Below, in pieces: positions 58,801 through 64,000 of a stretch of 64,000 nt of DNA. Numbering within the stretch: the first letter of the stretch is position 1; the number at the start of each line of letters is the position of its first letter. This stretch comes from Candidatus Thorarchaeota archaeon. Its GTDB lineage: Archaea > Asgardarchaeota > Thorarchaeia > Thorarchaeales > Thorarchaeaceae. A program made the position numbers and the translations under genes. The stretch lies in assembly GCA_048882325.1 (NCBI GenBank), contig JBHLRS010000008.1:51530-115529 (forward strand), written 5' to 3'. The notes beneath the pieces were generated by a model that ran no database searches, was not told the origin of the DNA, and worked only from the letters and a program-made list of their open reading frames with translations.

Positions 58801-61800
58801 GTCTGGATTCTTTCGTGGTATGCACCGACTGCAGTATATCGGGTCCTCTTCAAAGGTTCAGATATTCTACCAGGTTTTGGCACTCACCCCGTCACAGTAC
58901 AAGCAGACCTTTTCGGTTTCGTCGCAAAGACTGATAGTACTGAGACACTTACCATCAATGAAGAACCGACAACCCTGTTACTCTCATGGTCTGCTGGGAA
59001 TAGTATCACCTACATCGAACAGACCACTCTATCAGCCTCCTATACAATGAGTAATGGGTCAGCTGTCAGAAACGCAGTTGTGAATGTGACTATAGGTTTG
59101 AATACTTGGTTACTTACTTGGCATGAGGGGTCTCAGACTTACAGAGTAACATTCCTGGGCACTGATGACCCACCAGGTTTTGGAACTCATAGTGTCACCG
59201 TTCAAGCTGATTTGTTTGGATTTGTTGCAAAGTCCAATTCATCCGAGCAGCTCATCATTTCTGAAGAGCCAACGTCAATGACCATCAGTTGGTCAAATGG
59301 TTTCTCCATCACATATGTGGAAGAAACCACATTGTCTGTTTGGTACAATATGAGTGATGCAACTCCAATAACAGGCGCGACTGTCACAGCAACCATTGGT
59401 ATCGATGTCTGGATATTAACATGGAATCCATCAACGGAGGCATATGAAACGACATTCAGAGGTACAGATGATCCTCCAGGTATCGGTTCGCACCCTCTGA
59501 CTATAGAAGCCTACAAGTTTGGATATGTCAGTCAGGTTGACAGTACAAAGAATCTAGTGATTAATCTCGAACCAACCTCACTGCAGCTCACATGGTGGCT
59601 CTCAGACACAATCACGTATGTGGAGCAGACTGTTCTCTATGCAAACTATACGATGAGTAATGGCTCTGCAGTGGTGGGTGCATTTGTCACCGTTGCCATT
59701 GGCTCTGCAAACAAAACCTTCGAATGGAACCCATTCTCTGAGGTCTATAGCATCGTACTTAGTGGGAATGACCCAGCCTATCTTCTTGGGGTCCATTCTG
59801 TAACTGTACAAGCCACACTATTTGGATATGAGCAACGGAATGACAACACACAGACGCTTACGGTTCAAGATGAACCCACAACATTGTCACCCTCATGGAG
59901 CCCCAGCAATAGCATCTCATTCATTGGTTCTACAGTCTTGGCAGTCCGCTATGATATGAGTAATGGAACTGCGATCTCTGGTGCAACTGTTAACGCCACA
60001 ATTGGGTTCACTACATGGACACTTGTCTGGAATACTATATCAGAAGCTTATGAGCACTCGTTCCTTGGAAATGATGACCCACCAGGCATTGCGTTGCACA
60101 ATCTAATCATTCTGGCGGACCTATATGGATTCCAGAATAACTCTGACTTGACTCAACAACTCACAATTTCTGAGGAGGTGACAAGTCTTGTCCTTACATG
60201 GTCTCCTGACAATGACATCACTTTCGTTGAGTCGACAACATTGAGTGCGAACTATACGATGAGCGATGGTTCGCCTGTACTTGATGCGATGGTGAACGTG
60301 ACAATCGGGTCAGATACATGGACAATGATTTGGAACGGTGCAACTCAAACCTATGATTATGTATTCGCCGGCAATGATGCACCTCCCGGATTGGCAGTTC
60401 ATAGTATCATAGTTGAAGCGGGTAAGTTTGGGTATGAGTATCGAATTGACTCATCAACTACTTTGACCATGCGTGAAGAACCCACAGGTCATACAACCAT
60501 CTGGAGTCCAGACAACAATATGACCTACTTTGAGTCAGCAACTCTCTCTGTCAATTACACAATGTCCAATGGAACTGCAATACCAGGAGCAGTTGTCAAC
60601 ATCACTATTGGTTTGGATGTCTGGGTGTTGACATGGAACCCAGTATTAGAAATCTATGAGGTCACAATTGATGGTTCAGACAACCCACCAGGTTACGGGA
60701 CTCACAGCGTTGTGCTGAGAGCGTCCAAGTTCGGATACGAATCAGTCATTGATTCATCCCTGCAACTCATAATCCGCTTAGAGGACACCAAAATCTCATT
60801 TGTATGGATACCTAGTGACACAATGACCTACATCGAACAGACCAAGTTGCGAATCTTCTATCGTTTTATCAATGGAACAGCAGTACAAGGAGCGACAGTA
60901 AACATCACAAGAGGACCAACAACATGGGTCGCACTATGGAACGCCACATCTGAGGCATATGAATACACTTGGCTAGGGACAGATGACCCGCCAGGTCTAG
61001 GAACACACCCGCTTGTAATCAAGGCATGGAAAGCGAATCATGTTGGATTCACAGATGTGAGCCAGACACTCACCATAAACGAGGAACCAACTAACATCTA
61101 TGTGAGCTGGTCTAATGGTAATAACATAACCTACGTCCAATCAACTAAGCTCCTTGTAAATTACACTACAAGTGGTGGAATAACGATTCTGGGCGCACTT
61201 GTTGATGTCACCATAGGTGCTGATAATTGGGTTCTTACTTGGAATGTCACTAGTCAGTTGTATGAGAAGACCTTCAGTGGCTCTGACAGTCCTCCTGGGT
61301 TGGGAACTCACAGTCTCTCAGTGAGAGGCTGGCAGTTCGGATATGAAACAACAGTTGACTCGACAGTGACACTCACTTTCAGAGAGGAACCAACAACATT
61401 GACTCCTTCATGGATTCCTGGAAACACAATCACATACATTGAGACTACCACCCTCTCAGTTAGATATGAGATGAGCAACGGAAATCCCATTACCGGTGCT
61501 ATAGTTAATGTGACGATTGGAACTGATGTCTGGACATTGGTTTGGAATTCTTCTTCAGAAGCCTATGAATACACCTTTAGTGGAATCGATGACCCTCCAG
61601 GTTTAGGAGGACACTCACTGTTCATTGAAGCATCGAACTGGGGCTTTGAGTATGCAAATAATACTCTTGAAACACTGATCATAACCGAAGGTGTGACCAG
61701 CCTTGTAATCGCTTGGTCTAATTCTGACAACATCAGCTATGTCAGTCAAACCACCCTTTCAGTTCGCTATCAGATGAGTAATACATCAGCGATTGAAGGT

Positions 61801-64000
61801 GCGATCTTGAATGCTACAATAAATGGGAAGCTATGGAGTCTGACATGGAACGGAGCGACGAAAACATACGATGTGACAATCAGAGGAGATGATGACCCTC
61901 CCGGCTATGGTACTTATTCGGTCGAGATTCGAGCCTCGAAGTTTGGATTTATGTCGATTATCGATACGACGCAGGAATTCACAATCAGACTGGAAGAGAC
62001 CAGTGTGTCATATGTGTGGAGTCCTAGCGACACAATCACCTATACTGGTCAAACAAAAATCAGGATTTCCTATCTCATGAGCAACTCAACACCGATTCCT
62101 GGTGCCACGGTTAACATTACCATAGGACCGACTACATGGGTTGCAGTCTGGAATGACACATCGAAAGCTTACGAGTATACATGGGTAGGGACTGATGACC
62201 CACCAAGACTTGGGACTCATGTACTACAGGTTCAAGCATGGAAGGTACACTATGTCGCCATCGTAGATCTCTCTCAGACCTTCACAATTAATGAGGAACC
62301 CACCAATATCGAAGCGTTCTGGACTGATGGAAACGCTATCACATATGTACAGTTTACAACCCTGCAGGTCAATTACACCGCGAGTGATGGTTCGCAGATT
62401 CTAGGAGCCACACTGAATGTTACAATTGGAGCTGATGTCTGGAGTTTAGTGTGGAACGCAGGTAGTGGATTCTATGAGATCACATTCAATGGCGCGGATG
62501 ACCCACCTGGTCTAGGGTTTCATGGACTCATAATACGGGCATGGAAGTTTGGATATGAACTCACAACCAACTCAACCCTGACACTTTCTATATCAGGAGA
62601 GCTTGGAAGTATTTCAAGCGAGTTGCTTGAAGGGAGTACAATCACATTCATTGGTTTCACAACCCTGTCTGTCAACTATACAATGTCTAACGGTACTGCC
62701 ATTCCTCAGGCAACAGTGAATGTGACTATTGGGGGGACACTATGGAATCTTACATGGCATGCTGCTAGTCAGACGTACCGAATTCAGTTCAACGGAACAG
62801 ACAGCCCACCTGGTTTTGGAACACATAACCTGATAGTCCATGCTTGGCGAGATGGATTTGATGGAGTGTCTGATTCTACCTTATTCCTAACAATCCAGGA
62901 AGAGGGAACAAGTTTGGATATCTATTGGGGATCACCAAACCTCAACAACGTGACCTACTTCGACTATACAATTCTTTATGTAGAGTATAAAATGAGCAAT
63001 GGAACTGTCATTCAAGGCGCAAAGGTCAATGTCACAATTGACGCTACAACATGGACACTTGAATGGAACTCGACTCAGGGAGCATACTCGCTTAGATTCA
63101 ATGGATCAGATTCACCACCAAGTCTTGGCACTCACAGTTTGGTGATTCAGGCATATAAGTACGGTTTTGAGTACCGTGTCGATTCTGCTAATACTCTGAT
63201 TCTATCTAAAGACCCCACGACAATGGTTGTTTCGTGGATTGGTGGCAACACCATTACATATGTGGAACAGACCACACTCTCTGTCAGCTATAAGATGAGT
63301 AATGGTTCGGACATTCTCGGAGCGATTGTTAATGCAACCATCAATGGGACAACATGGAGTCTTGCATGGAATGGAATTGCTGGTGCCTATCAGTTGCAAT
63401 TCACTGGAGACCAAGACCCACCAGGATTGGGAACATTCTCTGTTCTTATTCAGGCTTCGGCAGACATCTATGTTGGTCAGACAGACACTACATCATTGAC
63501 GATGCAGAATGAGGTAACCACTGCTACAGAGTCTTGGTCTTCATTCACAATGGATTGGACCGAGAGTGTTATCCTCTCAATTGATTACAAAGACTCGTAT
63601 GGAACCTTGATTGATCATGCGACGACAAAGTCAATTTACATTAATGGAACAGAATACACACTACAGGGAACAAATGGGACCTATTGGATTCAGTTCAACA
63701 ACACATTCGACCTGGGACTTCACAATGTTTGGGTAAACTTCAGCAAGTTCGGATATGACTCATCCACGGTCCTTTCAATAACCTTCACGATAACAGAAGC
63801 ACCCACAGCATTTACAATCGTGTGGAGCTCAAGCGTGATTGACTATCTAGGTCATGCGAACATGACTGTTGATTACTACTACATGGGTTCAGGGATTAGC
63901 GTACCAACAGAAGGTGTTCTGGCGAATATCACAATTGACGGAATAACCAATATTCGGCTAGAGAATCGAACAAACCTGTGGTATGTGAATCTCACTGGGA
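55843..64000 (+). CDS. Giant secreted/surface glycoprotein (>2700 aa, 3'-truncated by the window) with tandem Ig-like repeats
   Basis: Frame 1 reads open from ATG 55843 (MKRVPVLLVIMVALLVVP signal peptide) to the window end; absent from the track because there is no stop; many NxS/T sequons. Confidence 0.9.
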   Translation, partial: MKRVPVLLVIMVALLVVPPTAHNSPTSISDESAPLQGPENPFSVSSASGSGDARTAVKFASRQVTGLTLPITNSYTSTNTHAGAIDLLGYLIPGWSLYKAEMEVDSMTAVAERETMGITPSTYIIVQNSSGLVTDALYQEFYNQPHDGKLENYTLSYICTYYSASLGHAYLGVRSDYTDPQTNMTSWLTPFTVNFIDTDVTHDVSSDNAILSTGTSYYVVIDGTGMQGVYAGGWWFNTIHWSATSSKLGLETGYNLRNDNWYIYEGIQRREAELNYTYTPWNQTSNSALMYSTPDQLSLKGNSTDMQGKSWVFTDPANITRIEFNTNQSISLDYNMTLWYKQAATTTPSWNIPSSGASVEWSVGTTIVYPGVTQANYLNFSIPATWDPSGLYNSTHTTTNHTSYSSTGTILTCSQMYDDTWTLKLTSENLLTTLKTYRSDDDTEVTTKSMMTSNIDINSTIQEPDTDPVTTGTANLVVWYSGSEFWSPSDQSVTNGLAHYFWDISNPMTTNGEYTIETRWSNGTEAGYLSKSLILYYPTAFTAESYNIDAYTESSFDIRVNLTDTFTPQGLNGTYATVVYSFDGAANQSMTDLNNGTWTATVSTAGKAFGQYDVWVYATGYAIENRSLQISTVLIHDTETLTILWSNTNDITYVESTELSVAYRRVGGAPISGATVNVTIDTNTWVLVWDGVSESYKITFNGSDSPPDFGVHSLTIQAWKVGHKPQTDASQTLTLQEESTTLTLQWSNGNSITYVESTTLIANYTMSDGAPVTGALVNVTIGTDTWIMTWNGVTETYDYVFDGVADPPGFGVYSLTIEAGRFGYMYQSDAALTLTLSEEPTSLVLIWSAGSAITYIESTTLVANYTQSDGTPVTGALVNVTIGTDIWTMTWNGVTETYDYVFDGDVDPPGLGLHSLTVEAGRFGYVYRSNSTLTLTINEEPTNLILTWSPDFDITYVEETYLIANYTMSNGSAVVGATVNVTIGTDVWILSWYAPTAVYRVLFKGSDILPGFGTHPVTVQADLFGFVAKTDSTETLTINEEPTTLLLSWSAGNSITYIEQTTLSASYTMSNGSAVRNAVVNVTIGLNTWLLTWHEGSQTYRVTFLGTDDPPGFGTHSVTVQADLFGFVAKSNSSEQLIISEEPTSMTISWSNGFSITYVEETTLSVWYNMSDATPITGATVTATIGIDVWILTWNPSTEAYETTFRGTDDPPGIGSHPLTIEAYKFGYVSQVDSTKNLVINLEPTSLQLTWWLSDTITYVEQTVLYANYTMSNGSAVVGAFVTVAIGSANKTFEWNPFSEVYSIVLSGNDPAYLLGVHSVTVQATLFGYEQRNDNTQTLTVQDEPTTLSPSWSPSNSISFIGSTVLAVRYDMSNGTAISGATVNATIGFTTWTLVWNTISEAYEHSFLGNDDPPGIALHNLIILADLYGFQNNSDLTQQLTISEEVTSLVLTWSPDNDITFVESTTLSANYTMSDGSPVLDAMVNVTIGSDTWTMIWNGATQTYDYVFAGNDAPPGLAVHSIIVEAGKFGYEYRIDSSTTLTMREEPTGHTTIWSPDNNMTYFESATLSVNYTMSNGTAIPGAVVNITIGLDVWVLTWNPVLEIYEVTIDGSDNPPGYGTHSVVLRASKFGYESVIDSSLQLIIRLEDTKISFVWIPSDTMTYIEQTKLRIFYRFINGTAVQGATVNITRGPTTWVALWNATSEAYEYTWLGTDDPPGLGTHPLVIKAWKANHVGFTDVSQTLTINEEPTNIYVSWSNGNNITYVQSTKLLVNYTTSGGITILGALVDVTIGADNWVLTWNVTSQLYEKTFSGSDSPPGLGTHSLSVRGWQFGYETTVDSTVTLTFREEPTTLTPSWIPGNTITYIETTTLSVRYEMSNGNPITGAIVNVTIGTDVWTLVWNSSSEAYEYTFSGIDDPPGLGGHSLFIEASNWGFEYANNTLETLIITEGVTSLVIAWSNSDNISYVSQTTLSVRYQMSNTSAIEGAILNATINGKLWSLTWNGATKTYDVTIRGDDDPPGYGTYSVEIRASKFGFMSIIDTTQEFTIRLEETSVSYVWSPSDTITYTGQTKIRISYLMSNSTPIPGATVNITIGPTTWVAVWNDTSKAYEYTWVGTDDPPRLGTHVLQVQAWKVHYVAIVDLSQTFTINEEPTNIEAFWTDGNAITYVQFTTLQVNYTASDGSQILGATLNVTIGADVWSLVWNAGSGFYEITFNGADDPPGLGFHGLIIRAWKFGYELTTNSTLTLSISGELGSISSELLEGSTITFIGFTTLSVNYTMSNGTAIPQATVNVTIGGTLWNLTWHAASQTYRIQFNGTDSPPGFGTHNLIVHAWRDGFDGVSDSTLFLTIQEEGTSLDIYWGSPNLNNVTYFDYTILYVEYKMSNGTVIQGAKVNVTIDATTWTLEWNSTQGAYSLRFNGSDSPPSLGTHSLVIQAYKYGFEYRVDSANTLILSKDPTTMVVSWIGGNTITYVEQTTLSVSYKMSNGSDILGAIVNATINGTTWSLAWNGIAGAYQLQFTGDQDPPGLGTFSVLIQASADIYVGQTDTTSLTMQNEVTTATESWSSFTMDWTESVILSIDYKDSYGTLIDHATTKSIYINGTEYTLQGTNGTYWIQFNNTFDLGLHNVWVNFSKFGYDSSTVLSITFTITEAPTAFTIVWSSSVIDYLGHANMTVDYYYMGSGISVPTEGVLANITIDGITNIRLENRTNLWYVNLTG
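57750..63510 (+). repeat. 19 tandem ~303-bp (101-aa) coding repeats
   Basis: Consensus EEPT.L...WS....ITY.E.T.L...Y.MSNG..V.GA.VNVTIG...W.L.WN.....Y...F.G.DDPPG.G.H...I.A.KFGY; DxPPG-like motif counted 19 times at ~303-bp spacing. Confidence 0.92.

Noticed and set aside
57750-63510. CRISPR array or non-coding tandem repeat
   Set aside because: The period is 303 bp, in frame and degenerate at codon third positions; these are protein repeats, and no cas genes are present.

Overview
Gene-dense archaeal chromosomal window. The longin+winged-helix protein, WD40+PCI-like protein, ZPR1, BHB tRNA intron and Smc5/6-type SMC point to an Asgard archaeon, possibly Thorarchaeia (inference from gene content only). 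Housekeeping content: NfnAB/SudBA transhydrogenase, MoxR-VWA pair, K+-independent membrane pyrophosphatase, divergent IlvC, PadR-controlled heterodimeric ABC exporter, UbiX, POR delta/alpha/beta and a nitrilase. Highlights: (1) an Smc5/6-like locus (SMC + kleisin + nearby KITE-like gene) whose SMC gene directly abuts a catalytically dead classic AAA+ gene; (2) two paralogous ~105-nt intergenic elements with sequence-divergent but pairing terminal stems, a shared loop motif and shared upstream spacing (candidate new sRNA family); (3) further pseudoenzymes, namely a SAMHD1-like HD protein lacking its metal ligands and two inactive M28 peptidase paralogues around one active copy; (4) two tandem 8x CCCH metal-finger proteins ending in adaptin-appendage-like domains; (5) features missing from the ORF track: a tRNA-Ala(UGC) with a T-arm intron, a 32-aa uORF, a truncated duplicate of the KITE-like gene, and a >2700-aa surface protein with 19 x 101-aa repeats running off the right edge. 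No CRISPR array, rRNA, integrase or transposase was seen. All family calls are from motif recognition by eye, not database searches.
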